63,011 nucleotides of DNA, filler included, from Reticulomyxa filosa (GCA_000512085.1; 23 parts of 23 records of this genome joined end to end with filler, not necessarily neighbours in it), one strand, 5' to 3'. Shown: positions 1 to 12,680, counted from the whole stretch's first letter. Numbers and translations: made by a program. Notes: generated from the letters alone by a model not told the origin.

Positions 1-260
1 CTGTTGAATATTCACCATTTGTAATAAAGAATAATATTGGTAATTCAAATGTGATATGTTCTGGATCAGGGGATAATACAATTAAATTTTGGGATATTCG
101 ATCAAATAAGAATGAATTGTACATCATCAAAGGAGATGATGAAGAAGATGGTGGAATAATTTCTCTTAAATTTATTGGATTGAAAAAGAAAGAGAAGACA
201 AAGAATGATTTAAATTTGTGTTATGGTTCAGTGAGAGGTCCAATTCGTATTTGGGGATAA
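1..260 (+). CDS. WD40-repeat protein, C-terminal fragment (foraminiferal expanded family)
   Basis: VEYSPF..NVICSGSGDNTIKFWDIRSNK..LCYGSVRGPIRIWG*; close paralogues at 16794-17391 and 59261-59742. Confidence 0.9.
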   Translation, partial: VEYSPFVIKNNIGNSNVICSGSGDNTIKFWDIRSNKNELYIIKGDDEEDGGIISLKFIGLKKKEKTKNDLNLCYGSVRGPIRIWG

Positions 261-1404
261 TTTCCCTTTTTGATGAACAAGAAATGAAAGTGTTTTTGTT
301 TGAAAAGTTTAATTAAAAGAAAAGTAAATGATATTAAACTTTGCTTTGATTGAGCACACATTGAAAGATGTGTTTTATCTTGCTTTGTTGTTTAAAAAAG
401 TTTAAAAAACTGCTTTTAATCTTTTTTAAAGGATTGAAAATCATAATAAATAAAATTATATTCAAATATCAAAATAAATTTCAAGATATTTCAAGTATTA
501 TGTTTTTTGTATAGAATCGAACAAGATGATTTTTGTAATAATTCATGAGATATATCTTTCTGTTTTGGAGAACACGAAATATTAAAATACTTAAAATGTT
601 GTTGTTATTGAATTTTTTGAAAGAATACAATAATATATATATAAAAAGGAAATTTTTCTTAGTTTGAAAGGCAGACAGCAAAGTAAGGATAGTTCTTTTG
701 ATCAATAAATGCACTTTGAAATGAATTATATTGATCATTTACAAGAATTTTACTCAAACTAATTGTGAGTCATTACAGATGATGCATCAGGAAGGTAAGA
801 ATTTATATTCATTGAACTACAATTTCTTGTTAGCCATTTTATTATTTTTATGATATCCCTTTTCTTCATTTTCTCTTTTTTTTCACGTTTTCATTGATTG
901 TCTTGAAACATGCCAAACACCACATAGTATTGATTACTTTTTTACAAACAAGTGGTTCAAATAAAAATCTTTTGAGGTAAAGTTTCTTATTTTACAACAT
1001 AACAATAAAAAATATTGACTTGCAGCTGCCATAATAATGCTTTTCCAAAGTTTTTTTTTACAAGATGTTGGCTGAGCAGGGATTACAAGTCGCATGACTT
1101 TACACAAAAAGTTTTAGAACAAAAAAAACTAGTGGGGAACATCGTTAAAAACTCCAACCCTTGTATAATGCAAAGAAACGAAAAGGATGAATATATGGAC
1201 TTTATTTAGATATTCATTTTACATTTTTTTAAGAATATGTTTTAACCAAATCATAAATGTTTATATAAAAATTTTTTGTTTTCTCAAAAGGGTCATGTAC
1301 ATCCACTTTTTTAAAAATTAAAAATACTTAAAAAACTTATCAACATTGTGGAGGTTGTAGCAACAATAATTGATATTCTTATGGTTTTTTAGAGCTATTG
1401 ATGG

Positions 1405-1485
1405 AAGATGAACAAAATTGAATATTCAACAGTATATACAATTTGTGTGTCCAGTGAATGTTTCAAGTAGTTGTCATTTTCAACT
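1405..1485 (-). pseudogene. Short WD40 relic
   Basis: Minus strand reads QLLETFTGHTNCI then frameshifts into TVEYS; no ORF context. Confidence 0.4.
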
Positions 1486-1623
1486 TTTTTGTTTTTTTGC
1501 TTAATGCTTTCTTTGATGTAAAATGAAAAATGATTGAGTTTTTTTTTATCAAGAATAACGAAATGTGTTGTCAAAAATATTTGGTAATATGTAATTGCAT
1601 AAATTACATAAATTATATGTTTT

Positions 1624-1723
1624 NNNNNNNNNNNNNNNNNNNNNNNNNNNNNNNNNNNNNNNNNNNNTTAATTAATTAANNNNNNNNNNNNNNNNNNNNN
1701 NNNNNNNNNNNNNNNNNNNNNNN
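1624..1723. other. Artificial contig-joining spacer (N44-TTAATTAATTAA-N44); first of 22
   Basis: Identical 100-nt spacers start at 1624, 2925, 5969, 7699, 9116, 12765, 16268, 17392, 21709, 23476, 26289, 27884, 34710, 37242, 38444, 41818, 54814, 56011, 58034, 59161, 60427 and 61609. TTAATTAATTAA gives stops in six frames, and base composition jumps across several spacers. Confidence 0.99.
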
Positions 1724-2451
1724 TCAATGCCTCCGGAATCGCCTTCCAGCGCGGCCGCCAGAGCTACCAGACGGTCCATGTCGAGGGCTCCCGGGCCATC
1801 GCGGAGGCCGCCACGGCCGCCGGCGTGCAGCGACTCGTTCACATGTCGGGCATCGGCGCGGACCAGCGCAATTCGACGAACAAGTATGTGCGCTCCAAGG
1901 TCGATGCCGAGGACGCGATCGTCGCGGGCTTCCCGGAAGCCACGATCCTGCGGCCGAGCGTGATCTTCGGACCCGAGGATGCGATGTTCAACCGCATGGG
2001 CCAGATCGCCAAGCAGGCCCCTTTCCTGCCGCTGGTCGGCGACGGTTCGGCGAAGGTCCAGCCGGTCTTCGTGGGTGACGTCGGTGCGGCCGTGGTGGCC
2101 GTCCTGGAACGGCCCGACACGGCCAGGACCGTGTTCGAGCTGGGCGGCCCGCGCGTCTATACCTATCGCGAGATCGCCAGCCTCGTGCTGCGCGAGACCG
2201 ACCGCCACAAGCGGATCATCGGCATCCCGGCCGGCCTGATGAAGATCGCGGGCTTCTTCGCGGAATTCCTGCCCGTGCCGCCGCTGACCCACGACCAGGT
2301 CGACCTGCTGGTGACCGACAATGTCGCCCGCCCCGGTGCCCCCGGCCTTGCCGCACTGGGCATCGCGCCGACCGCCCCCGAGGCCATCCTGCCGATGTAC
2401 CTCGACCGCTACCGCGTCGGCGGCCGCTACAACCTGCACGCTCCGGCCTGA
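1724..2451 (+). CDS. Complex I NDUFA9-like NAD-dependent epimerase/dehydratase (SDR), bacterial, 5'-truncated
   Basis: Frame is open from the contig start: NASGIAFQRGRQSYQTVHVEG..LVHMSGIGAD..YVRSK..ATILRPSVIFGPED..QPVFVGDV..FELGGP. GC-rich codon usage. Confidence 0.9.
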
Positions 2452-2693
2452 TCAAATCAATAAAGGCGTCACGGACGGCGCGTAAGCTTGCCTGAAGCAA
2501 TTAGTCCTATTTCGGTATTTATTTCGGTCTAGCGCAAATCTCACTGCGAGACAAGGACCCGGTAAGAGTCGGTTAGCCTTAAATTAGGTCATAACTATTG
2601 ACTATCGACCTTCCGAATGGTTTAACTCTTCCAACAAAGCAGCAAAGGCGCGATCGGCGCGCTTCTTGCGTAATTAAATTTCACAAATTATCC

Positions 2694-2700
2694 GAGGAGG
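2694..2700 (+). promoter_or_regulatory. Shine-Dalgarno site of gltD
   Basis: GAGGAGG 6 nt upstream of the ATG at 2707. Confidence 0.7.
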
Positions 2701-2706
2701 CCGGGG

Positions 2707-2924
2707 ATGGCCGAGAGGATGCTGAAGTTCGTCGGAACGCCGCAAGCCATGCCCGACAAGCGGCCGGCAGCCGAACGTCGTCGTGACTTCGACGAGATTT
2801 ATCAGAGCTTCGCCAAGGACAAGGCTGCCGAGCAGGCGGCGCGCTGTTCGCAATGCGGCGTGCCATTCTGCCAGATCCATTGCCCGCTCAACAACAACAT
2901 CCCCGACTGGCTGAAGCTCACCGC
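2707..2924 (+). CDS. gltD: Glutamate synthase small (beta) subunit, 3'-truncated
   Basis: MAERMLKFV..KRPAAERRRDFDEIY..QAARCSQCGVPFCQIHCPLNNNIPDWL carries the N-terminal Fe-S Cys motifs of GltD. Confidence 0.92.
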
Positions 2925-3024
2925 NNNNNNNNNNNNNNNNNNNNNNNNNNNNNNNNNNNNNNNNNNNNTTAATTAATTAANNNNNNNNNNNNNNNNNNNN
3001 NNNNNNNNNNNNNNNNNNNNNNNN

Positions 3025-3320
3025 GTATCTACTTGACTTGAAGATTCCTAAAATGAAAACAAAAAGATTAAAAAAATTTCTTATTTTCAATACAGGTTCA
3101 ATTTATATGAACTCCTTCGAAATTTTTAAAAATCATTTGAAAAAATCATATTTTTGATCACATGAAAAAACTTATTATAAAACCAATTTAATATTTAAAA
3201 ACTACAGGATTAGTATATATTTTTAAAAAAAATTAGATTTAAATCTTTATTTGTCATGGAGAAAATCGATTCTATTCATATATGCCGTTGGTATGGCAGT
3301 TTTTTTTGCAATCTACTGTA
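3025..3320 (-). mobile_element. Tc1/mariner-type non-autonomous TIR element (copy A, cut by contig end)
   Basis: Reverse complement starts TA-CAGTAGATTGCAAAAAAAACTG and aligns by eye over ~300 nt with the copies at 25959 and 57129. Confidence 0.75.
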
Positions 3321-3631
3321 CTTAAATGTAAATGTGTCAATTCTTTTGTTTGAAGTTCTTATAAAGTTTCAGTTTATTAATTTTGATCATATTGCAATTA
3401 TTGCTATGACAATTTCAATTTTGTTTTGTTCTTAAGTGCAAGAAGAAGCAGTAATTATCATTATTCGCAAGATTTTTATTTTAATTGTTGGATCAGATTT
3501 TGAAAGAATCAAATTAGTTGATGACATGCCAAAACCTGAAAATATGACGGAAAAAAAAGATGTGCGTTTTGGAATATCAAAAATTGTTTTTCTGGGGTGC
3601 AGAGACACAGCAAAACTTGAACAAAAGCTAT

Positions 3632-4549
3632 ATGACAAGTATATTGAACGGTGAAATTTGGTTATTCTCAGACAAAGGCAGTGATCCCTATTCTGTTGTG
3701 CAACTGTTTCACTGTTTGTTGAAAGTTGTGGACAGTTCGAAACACAAAATTTTTCAAATCAACACGTCCATTTTATTAGAATATTTACCAACACTTCTCT
3801 CAAATGGACGCATACCAACACTAATTATATTTCCTGGTGGTTATGATACGGGCTTTAAAGAAAGCTTGGGTCTGGTTGGATGTACAATCCTTCAAGAATA
3901 TCTGAAAAAAGGAGGCAATTACTTGGGATTATGTGCAGGTGGATATTTTGGGTGCAGTGAAATTATGTTTGGAAAAGGAAACAAAGATATGGAAATCCAT
4001 GAAAAACGCCATTTAAATTTGATTGACGGTATTGTCGGTTGTGGTCCGGTCTTGGCAGACTATAATTATGTCATAAACGCTGGTGCTCGTGTTATCCAAA
4101 TACATATCAAAAATGAAAACAAATACGTGTGGACCTATTACAATGGCGGATGTCATTTTTATCTCAAACAAGACCTCATCGGCAAGCAGTCTTACGATTG
4201 CTTGGCTTCCTATCATTTCACTGATGCCAAAAAAGATGTTGTGGAATATGCTACCAATCACATGCAACAATGTGATTGTAAACATCATCGCTCACCCAAT
4301 GATCTATGTGCCATTGTTGGTGGACGATTTGGACATGGTTATTTCGTTTTGAGTGGAGTTCATCTTGAATTTGATCCCTTGTTGATGGATGTCCATGATA
4401 AACATTTAACGTCTGTCATTCGACAACTATCTGATCCTTTTGTCAGACAACAACGCTTGCATGTTGTGACGCAGATTTTGTCAAAGCTTGGGATTGAGCA
4501 TTTTGCCCAATCTGAAGCTAGAGAAAATCGTAATATCTGCAAATTGTAA
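3632..4549 (+). CDS. Stand-alone biotin-protein-ligase N-terminal (BPL_N, class I GATase-like) domain protein
   Basis: LIIFPGGYD..GGNYLGLCAGGYFG..YYNGGCHF..AIV..G.G..VLSGVHLEF. Intronless; first ATG at 3632. Confidence 0.85.
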   Translation: MTSILNGEIWLFSDKGSDPYSVVQLFHCLLKVVDSSKHKIFQINTSILLEYLPTLLSNGRIPTLIIFPGGYDTGFKESLGLVGCTILQEYLKKGGNYLGLCAGGYFGCSEIMFGKGNKDMEIHEKRHLNLIDGIVGCGPVLADYNYVINAGARVIQIHIKNENKYVWTYYNGGCHFYLKQDLIGKQSYDCLASYHFTDAKKDVVEYATNHMQQCDCKHHRSPNDLCAIVGGRFGHGYFVLSGVHLEFDPLLMDVHDKHLTSVIRQLSDPFVRQQRLHVVTQILSKLGIEHFAQSEARENRNICKL

Positions 4550-5024
4550 TTTTTATCTACACTTTGAAATTCAAAAAATTAAAAAAGAGATTTGTAATCT
4601 AGCTTTAATTATTTGTATTTGTTGCTGTTATTTTTTTTTTTTGAAATACTTGTTTCAATTTATTTCAAAATAAAACACAACTCGTTTTAACGAAAGCCAA
4701 TTATTTTATTCAAAAACTCAAAATGGTATTGTTTTTTTCCGTCGTCCATGTGCTGTGACATAGCGTTGGCATGTGATGACTTTTGTAATTGAAAAACAAA
4801 TAGACAAACGGCAGACAGCAGACAAACAAACAAAAAACCAAAAACGTCAAAAGCAAAAGAAAATAGTGCAACCAAAAGACAAAACAAGTCGAAGGAGCAA
4901 AAATGCATGCGTCCTGGTCTTTTGGCATTCAAAGCACAATGGTTTTTTTTAATAAAGCTATTAAAAAAAAATAAAAAAGGGAAATGGAATTTTAAATCGA
5001 AAAACGTGAAAACACCGTTTCGCT

Positions 5025-5843
5025 CTATTCCAGCTCTAATCCATCAAATTCAGTTACTAGAGAAGCGTCTTTGACTTTGTCATCGATGGATTCAATGTTT
5101 TCAACTTTTTCATGTTCGTCATTGTTTTGAGGTTTGCTTTGTTCCTCTTCATTTGCTTGTGTACCTTCCTCGTTGTCTTCATTTTTGCTCTCTTTGCTTT
5201 CCTCATGTTTCTTCGTGGATTTGTTTTGGTCGGAGAGAGAATCGTGTGTCTTCAGGTGCACTTCGCATTCAAAGGACATGTTCACTGGCGCATGTTCACT
5301 TGTCTTTTGCTTGCCAGGAGGGATCTCTGGTCTTTGTTTTAAGGTGTAACTGCCTCGATATGTCGTTGGAGACGACGCGTCTTGTTCTAAGTTCCATTCT
5401 TCTTCTTGAACTAATATTGTCAATGAATCTGGCGACGGCATTTGCATTTGTTGTTTATTTTCATCCTCAGGCTGTTTTGTTTTATTTTAATTTGCATTTT
5501 TTTATTCGGCAGCTTAAATTACTTTATCGGAAAAAAAAAAAAGAGAAAAAAAAAAAAGTCTTTTCAAGTTCTAACCATCAAAGGCATTTCCATGCGTCCT
5601 CTGACATGGATTTTGCTTTCAAGCCAAGGGCCGTTCAGCATCATTGGAACTTCACCAAAGCTGACAGCTTGACACAGTGCCCCCATTCGCTTTACATGAA
5701 CATGTGAGCAATTGGGAACGTCTTCCCATTCTGTCTCTCCTTGTTTTTGGATTTCTGTTAGCAGCTCTTGTCTCTTCTCCGGAAACTCTCCACAATCGAC
5801 ATCTTTAAATTTCACACGGATTTTCTCCACATTAAATAAATCC
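5025..5843 (-). CDS. Hypothetical protein, 5'-truncated, spliced (intron 5472-5575)
   Basis: A GT..AG intron joins ORF 5564-5830 (..MEMPLM) in frame to PEDENKQQMQMPSPDS..; acidic low-complexity tail; no domain recognised. Confidence 0.65.
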
Positions 5844-6068
5844 CTTTTTTTTTTTCAAAAAAAAAAGTCATTCGAAAGTAATGGAGTTGGGGGACCGAGG
5901 AGAATGAACCATTGGACCACGTTTAAATCACACAAATATATACATAACACGATAATAATAACCACAACNNNNNNNNNNNNNNNNNNNNNNNNNNNNNNNN
6001 NNNNNNNNNNNNTTAATTAATTAANNNNNNNNNNNNNNNNNNNNNNNNNNNNNNNNNNNNNNNNNNNN

Positions 6069-6382
6069 CGCCGCGATGCGGGCCGGATCGGCGACGCCGC
6101 TGGCCTCGATCACGATCTGCTCGTAGCGGTCGGCGTGGCCGGCGAAGCGATCCAGCGCCATTGCGAGATCGCCGGCGACCGAGCAGCAGGCGCAGCCGTT
6201 CGCCAGGGTGACGACATCCTCGTCGCGCGAGACGATCAGCTTCTCGTCGATCGAGATCGCGCCGAAATCGTTGACCAGCACGCCGATCCGCAGCCCGTGG
6301 TCGCCGGCCAGCAGGCCGTTGACCAGGGTGTCTTGCCGGCGCCGAGATAGCCGCCGATCGTGGTGACCGGGATGGGGGTCAT
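6069..6382 (-). CDS. COG0523/CobW-family P-loop GTPase (metallochaperone); 1-nt frameshift after the Walker A motif; 3'-truncated
   Basis: MTPIPVTTIGGYLGAGK[T] / LVNGLL..GVLVNDFGAISID..LANGCACCS..IVIEASGVADP. ATGA overlap with the upstream amidohydrolase stop. Confidence 0.88.
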
Positions 6383-7698
6383 CTCCTGCCCAGCGGATAG
6401 GGCTGGCCTTCGAACACTGTGCCCCAGATGGGAATGTCGCGCAGGTCCAGGGGAGCGACTTCGCAGGGATCGGCTTCGAGCACGGTGAAGTCGGCCTTCT
6501 TGCCGCTGCTGATGCTGCCGATCTCGTGTTCCAGGCCCATCACGTAGGCGGCATTGATGGTGATCGCCCGCAGTGCTTCGTCGAGTGAGACCCTTTCCGG
6601 CGGGCACAGCACGTCGCCGGCGGCGTTCACGCGATTGAGCGCGATCCAGGCATTCTGCAGCGGACGGGCGGGCGCCATGGTGAAATCGGAGTGCAACGCG
6701 AACGGCACGCGATTGCGCGACAGCGATCCCAGCCGGACCATCTGGCTCGCCCGTTCATGGCCGACGCCGCGGCGCGAATAGACGTCGCTCAGCTCGTACA
6801 CATAGTAGGGGTTGGCCGAGACGAGGGCACCGAGATCGGCGATGCGCCGCGCCTGGGCGGATGTCGAAATGCCGAAATGCTCGATCGTGAAGCGGTGGTT
6901 GATGCGCGGCCGTTCCCACTGCAGCTTCTCCAGCACGTCGAGCGCCAGCTCGACGCCGAGATCGCCCGTGCAATGGACGTGGATGACGTAGCCGTCGTTC
7001 CACAGCGCGCGGGCCGCCTTCTCGAAGGCCTCCGGCGCCATCAGCCATTCGCCGTCATGGCCGTCGATATAGCCGGGACCGCCCAGCTGCATGAGCTGCG
7101 AGAAGAAGGCGCCGTCGGTGAACAGCTTGACGTGCTTGCCGAAGCGCAGCCGACGCCTGTTGCGCTCGGGAAGCGCGGCGAGCTGCTCCAGCCGCAGGCC
7201 GGTGCCCGCGAAGGCCACATGCGGCACGAACTCGACCCGGAACGGCGTGTCGTCATTGTCGAAAGCCGCGACCGAGGAGGCCCACTCGGCCTCGGGATCG
7301 AAGATGCCGAAGGCCATGTCGCCGACCGTCGTGTGGCCGCCGAGATGGATGACCTCGGCGGTGCGCTTCATCGCCGGGCCCCGGCGCTGCTGCGACAGGA
7401 GGTAGGCGGAGAGCTTTGCGCGCACGAAGCGGTTGCCCGCCTCGTAGAAGTGGCCGCGGTCGATGTCGACCTGGTGGGCGCCCCGCAGTTTCTCCCGGTC
7501 GAGTTCGAAATAGTCGAGGGCCGCATCGTTCATGATCGTCTCGTGAAACGATCGGTGGACGAGGATCAGGGGCCGCGTCCTCGAGATGGCGTCGAGGTCC
7601 TGGAGCCAGATCTCGCCGTGCCAGTCGCGATGGTAGCCCCAGGTGAAGAGCGGCTCTCTCGGATCGGGGTCTTGCCCGTCCAACTCCTTCAGGCGCGC
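6379..7698 (-). CDS. Amidohydrolase-3 (YtcJ-like) metal-dependent hydrolase, bacterial, 5'-truncated
   Basis: KLFTDG, IHVHCTGD, RFTIEH, ALHSDF, TINAAY..GSISSGKKADFTVL..TVFEG motifs. Confidence 0.9.
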   Translation of the reverse strand, partial: ARLKELDGQDPDPREPLFTWGYHRDWHGEIWLQDLDAISRTRPLILVHRSFHETIMNDAALDYFELDREKLRGAHQVDIDRGHFYEAGNRFVRAKLSAYLLSQQRRGPAMKRTAEVIHLGGHTTVGDMAFGIFDPEAEWASSVAAFDNDDTPFRVEFVPHVAFAGTGLRLEQLAALPERNRRRLRFGKHVKLFTDGAFFSQLMQLGGPGYIDGHDGEWLMAPEAFEKAARALWNDGYVIHVHCTGDLGVELALDVLEKLQWERPRINHRFTIEHFGISTSAQARRIADLGALVSANPYYVYELSDVYSRRGVGHERASQMVRLGSLSRNRVPFALHSDFTMAPARPLQNAWIALNRVNAAGDVLCPPERVSLDEALRAITINAAYVMGLEHEIGSISSGKKADFTVLEADPCEVAPLDLRDIPIWGTVFEGQPYPLGRR

Positions 7699-7933
7699 NN
7701 NNNNNNNNNNNNNNNNNNNNNNNNNNNNNNNNNNNNNNNNNNTTAATTAATTAANNNNNNNNNNNNNNNNNNNNNNNNNNNNNNNNNNNNNNNNNNNNGG
7801 GCGTTTAAATCAACACTCACTTTACGTTCTCGGCGGGATCATATTGTAGGCTGTTGTTATTATATAAAGAAAGGGTGGATGGGTGAAAAGTCGAAAATGC
7901 AAATACAAATGAATCGAAACTACATTTATCATA

Positions 7934-8720
7934 TTGTCAGCGAGAGCTTTGCATCATCGAGCATGTAGATTTTGCCAAGGTCTATTAACGAAGATGAACG
8001 GACAATCGCAGACGGATTCAATTATCAATAGTCGACGCCAAGGCTTTTCGCCCAACCTGTTTTTGACTAGTAAAAATGATGATAATGACGATCTGACTCA
8101 ACTATCACTCACGCTAACATATAATCGACAACAAAATATATTGGTGAATTGTCTACTTAAGAGTGGTCCAAGCAATTCCAACAGCTCTGCTTCAGCTTCA
8201 TCTTCTGCTTTCTCTTACTCCGTCTATGTTCTACCTCGCCGGTACACCTTTCCAACTCTTACTCGCCCAAACATATCTCACTGCTCAGCGAAAGCGACAT
8301 GATCATGGCTGTCGATCTCGACGCTGCAAGGCCGAGCGCAAAAAAAGCCTTTGTCAATGGCAACGACAATGACGAGCGCCAAATGGCATGTGATCTCAAG
8401 CACGTGTCGACGAAACAAAACACGAAAAAAAAAGAAAAAGACAATCATGATCACAATCGTCTTCAAATTAAGGATATGAACAACACAAACAAAAAGATTT
8501 AAACAAAGAAGACTGAGTTGCAACAGTCGCTTTCCAAAGTGTCCATCAAGGAGACATTTGAAAATCCATCGCAAAACAGAATTGACTCAATACAACAGTA
8601 ATAACCATAGCAATAGCAATAAAATACCAGTACCGAAAATAAAGACAATGAAGCGGATAGTTGAACGGACTTGGGCAAAGTCACACGTAATGAAGACACA
8701 CAGTCACCGTGCAGTTGCGT
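7934..8720 (+). pseudogene. Fragmented coding-like low-complexity region, unidentified
   Basis: Successive short frames with Ser/Asn/Lys-rich coding-like composition broken by stops and frameshifts. Confidence 0.3.
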
Positions 8721-9216
8721 AAAACATCGTACAAACAATTTCAATGTAAAATCAAAAAATTTCTTTTTACTTTCTACTGAATCTTTTGTGGCTGCATTCT
8801 TTTCTTTTGGTAAATGCTACTTTATATATTTAATCTAAATATGCGCTTTTCGTGAATAGCTATTAGCGCAAGTTGAAATGCTAAATAAATTATACAGTTC
8901 AAGTGATAATGCTTTTTATTATTTATTTTTGAAAATTAATACTCTTTTGAATTAGTTTGATATTGCACTTGTTATTTTTTTAAAGTTATTAATACTACTA
9001 ATTGTCGGTACGTTTTTCTTTAAAATATAGTTTTTAAAAAATATGTATGCATCAACGAATTAAAAAATACAATGTTATCTGCATTAAGTAATAGTTTTCT
9101 TTTTTGAAAAAAAAANNNNNNNNNNNNNNNNNNNNNNNNNNNNNNNNNNNNNNNNNNNNTTAATTAATTAANNNNNNNNNNNNNNNNNNNNNNNNNNNNN
9201 NNNNNNNNNNNNNNNG

Positions 9217-10151
9217 AAACGAAATGTATGGAAAAGAAGTTTGAAGAAGCGAAGAGTATATTGGAAGACGTGATCGAGCAAAGCAAGACACAGCGTAAGG
9301 GATTTCAATGTCGTTTCATCATGGACAATGTGACAACACTCAAGCACATTGAAGTGGAAGACCGAGGGATCCCAGGATGGTTGACATCAACAAAGTTTGC
9401 AAAAGAGAAATGGAACCAAGGTCAGAACATGATTGTGGTGTCGTTGCAGAACGAGGAGTTGAAGCAAAAGGGTATCCGTGAGGGGTTTCGAATTGTGCGA
9501 ATTAACGGACATGACGTGAGCAACCACCCTTTCGCACAAATTCAAAAAGAAATAATCGCCGCCGTCAACGACACGCGTCAAAGATACCAAATTGTGTTTG
9601 AAGAGGGGATATTGTCATGGTTCGATTTGGATGTGGACATGAATGGAAGTGGTACCGGACCGGTCTTCTTCTCTTCCTCTGCGTCTGCTTCTGTATCTTC
9701 TGCCCCTTCTGCTATGGCTTCGTCGTCTGAGTCAGTCACCATTGCACACCATGGACAGGCCACGTTGGCACCACACAGCGATGGTGTACATGTGACCGCC
9801 TGGCTGTCCACACATCCTCATGGCTGCTTGCTTACGCAGATTCAGAACAAAAACGTCGCTCATGAGTCGTTCGAGGAAATAGTCGCCTTGTACTATCAAA
9901 CATCCTGTCCTTTCCACCTGACTCTGCTTCGGCCCAGTCCCAATCACACACAACACACGGTTGAAAAGCTGGATGTTGTCACGTCCAATGAACATCAGCG
10001 CACTGATAGTGCTGACACTACAGGGGTGCCCTCTTTGTCTGAAGGTGACTCGGATGATGAAAGTGTGTCCAGCGATTCTGATAATAACAACAAAGATGCT
10101 GAACCCTCTTTTGTTAGGGCTGCTCAGAAAAAAAATAAACAGGAACTTTGA
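9217..10151 (+). CDS. PDZ-domain protein (two PDZ-like units), 5'-truncated
   Basis: KGIREGFRIVRINGHDVSNHPFAQIQKEI, and GCLLTQIQNKNVAHESFEEIVALY..PFHLTLLRP. Confidence 0.75.
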
Positions 10152-10791
10152 TTGCCTTTACAAATTTCACATCCCTTTTTTTTTTTTTTTTTTTTTTTTT
10201 TCTTCTCATCCCCCTCTTTCGTTGTCATGTGTGTGTGTAAGATAAAGTACCTTTTTTTGTTGGGTATATTCAATTGTCATACAACACTTACACTAATCCG
10301 TCTTTGATTTTGTCTTGGCTTTTTTTTCTTTTCTCCTTCTCAAACCGCATTTTTCTCATGACTTCTCTTCACGGTAATTGTCTGGCATATGACGCTATCA
10401 CCGGCCCTTTTTTATTTGATGGGCCATCTTTTAAAATTTTTTGCAAATATATTTTCAAAACTTAACTACTTTCTTTGAATCTAGATTTTACACTACGGTA
10501 ACAGTACTCCCAATTATCTAAATCGATATGTGACGTTAATACTTTTCTTCTACCAAAATTCTAAAAAATTTTCAAAAGTTAAAAAAAAACAGAGATAGTG
10601 GCCACGTCAATTTTTACCGAAAATCCAGCGTTTTAAACTAAAAAGACAAACATTTGCATTTCAACTTTGTTTTTTAGTATCGCAAAAAAAAAAAATGAAA
10701 ACTTGCAACGCGTTGTCTGGAGTTTTTTGAACTGGTTTCTCCTCTTCGTTTAACAAAAAAGTGTTTGACTAAATAATTTGTTTACATTTGA

Positions 10792-11423
<632 letters not shown>

Positions 11424-12233
11424 TAATTTTTATAGTCGTATACTGTTTTTTGTTTTTTGCCAAGAGGAGTTTACTTTTTTTTTTTGTTGGGCTTTCAATA
11501 TTTTCTATTCTTTTATGGTAATTCTTACACTTGAAAAAAAATTTTTGAATTGTTTTGCTATTCGTAATCATATCGCTTTGTCAGTTCCAATCCTTTTTTA
11601 AACATAAAAAAAATATAATGTTGATACGTCAAGCGTGCCGGCTGTTGCTAAGGACTCAATTTCTACATACTTTGTCGGATTGAACGCATTTGTGGCAAAA
11701 GAGTGGTTCTTCCCGAATTTAAAATTAAAAGATAAATTGACTTTGAACTAATCTTTGAACCCAATTTGCTAATTCAATTTTTTTAAAGATACAAAAAAAA
11801 CAAGGAAACTGGATGCAAACCAAGCGGAGAGAATTTAAGAAACAGAATTCTTCTTGGGACTTTGTTGTCAACAGATAATCTTACAAACTGGAAAGTTTAT
11901 GAATTTGTTATTTATAAACTAAAAATAACTTTTTGAGTGGAAAAGATTTTATTTGTTTTTTTTATGTTTATAATCCCGGCATGGTTTACAACTTATACAC
12001 TGTGTTTCCAAATGAAAAAAATAATCTCACAAATCCCACAAAAACTATTATTTTTTTGAAAGAGACAGAAACAACAAACACCTTCGTTGCAAGAACAGGG
12101 ACAAACTACGTCACTTGAACTTACATTGTTTGTAATCACAAAATAGGAAATATTTTCTTTATTTCAACTCACTGTGCCCGTGCGCTAAGATTAATCATCA
12201 AGAGCGAGAAATTTTAACAAAAAAAAAAAGATA

Positions 12234-12680
12234 ATGCCAAGAGACGACGAGGAATACCAAAACGAAGAAGCATCAATGAAAAAGACGCCGAAAGGGGGTG
12301 GCAGTTCTCGTAAATCAAACGACCAAACAAATGTTGAGAGTGTGCAACGCCGCCGACAGCCCCGAAGAAGTAAAAAAACGCGTAAAAAATTCGAAGGTGA
12401 TTTGGACGTGCTATATCGTACAGGCGATGTAGTATGGGCAAGACTGGAAGATTTTCCTTGGTGGCCTGCTCGGGTTTGTTTGTTTTATTTTATTTTATTT
12501 TTTATTTTTATTTTTTTAAAAAAAAGACTTGATCAGGAACCGTTTTTGCGTAATGTTCAAACAATAGCTGTTCATTGATTGTGGTGTAGGTAGAGTTTCA
12601 TGAAAAAGTTGAAGACGCCGGTTATCCGTTTGCAGTACCCGTCCGTTGGTTTGGAATTGATTCACATCGAGTGTTTTGTA
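12234..12680 (+). CDS. PWWP-domain chromatin protein, 3'-truncated; intron 12474-12589
   Basis: YRTGDVVWARLEDFPWWPAR|VEFH..VPVRWFG, preceded by a basic NLS-like segment. Confidence 0.85.

Noticed and set aside
1668-1679. Regularly recurring TTAATTAATTAA as a CRISPR-like repeat, PacI array or piggyBac site
   Set aside because: Always centred in N44 padding; it is a synthetic six-frame-stop linker.
1672-2439. 255-aa minus-strand ORF (also 6691-7746 + and 37294-37962 -)
   Set aside because: Shadow or alternative-frame ORFs of GC-rich genes; the overlapping frame carries the conserved motifs.
6320-6340. Programmed frameshift in the COG0523 gene
   Set aside because: No slippery heptamer; a single missing base is better explained by sequencing error.
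1724-7698. Bacterial genes as horizontal transfers into the protist genome
   Set aside because: Each GC-rich block is a whole contig with no junction to host sequence and no sign of amelioration or introns.
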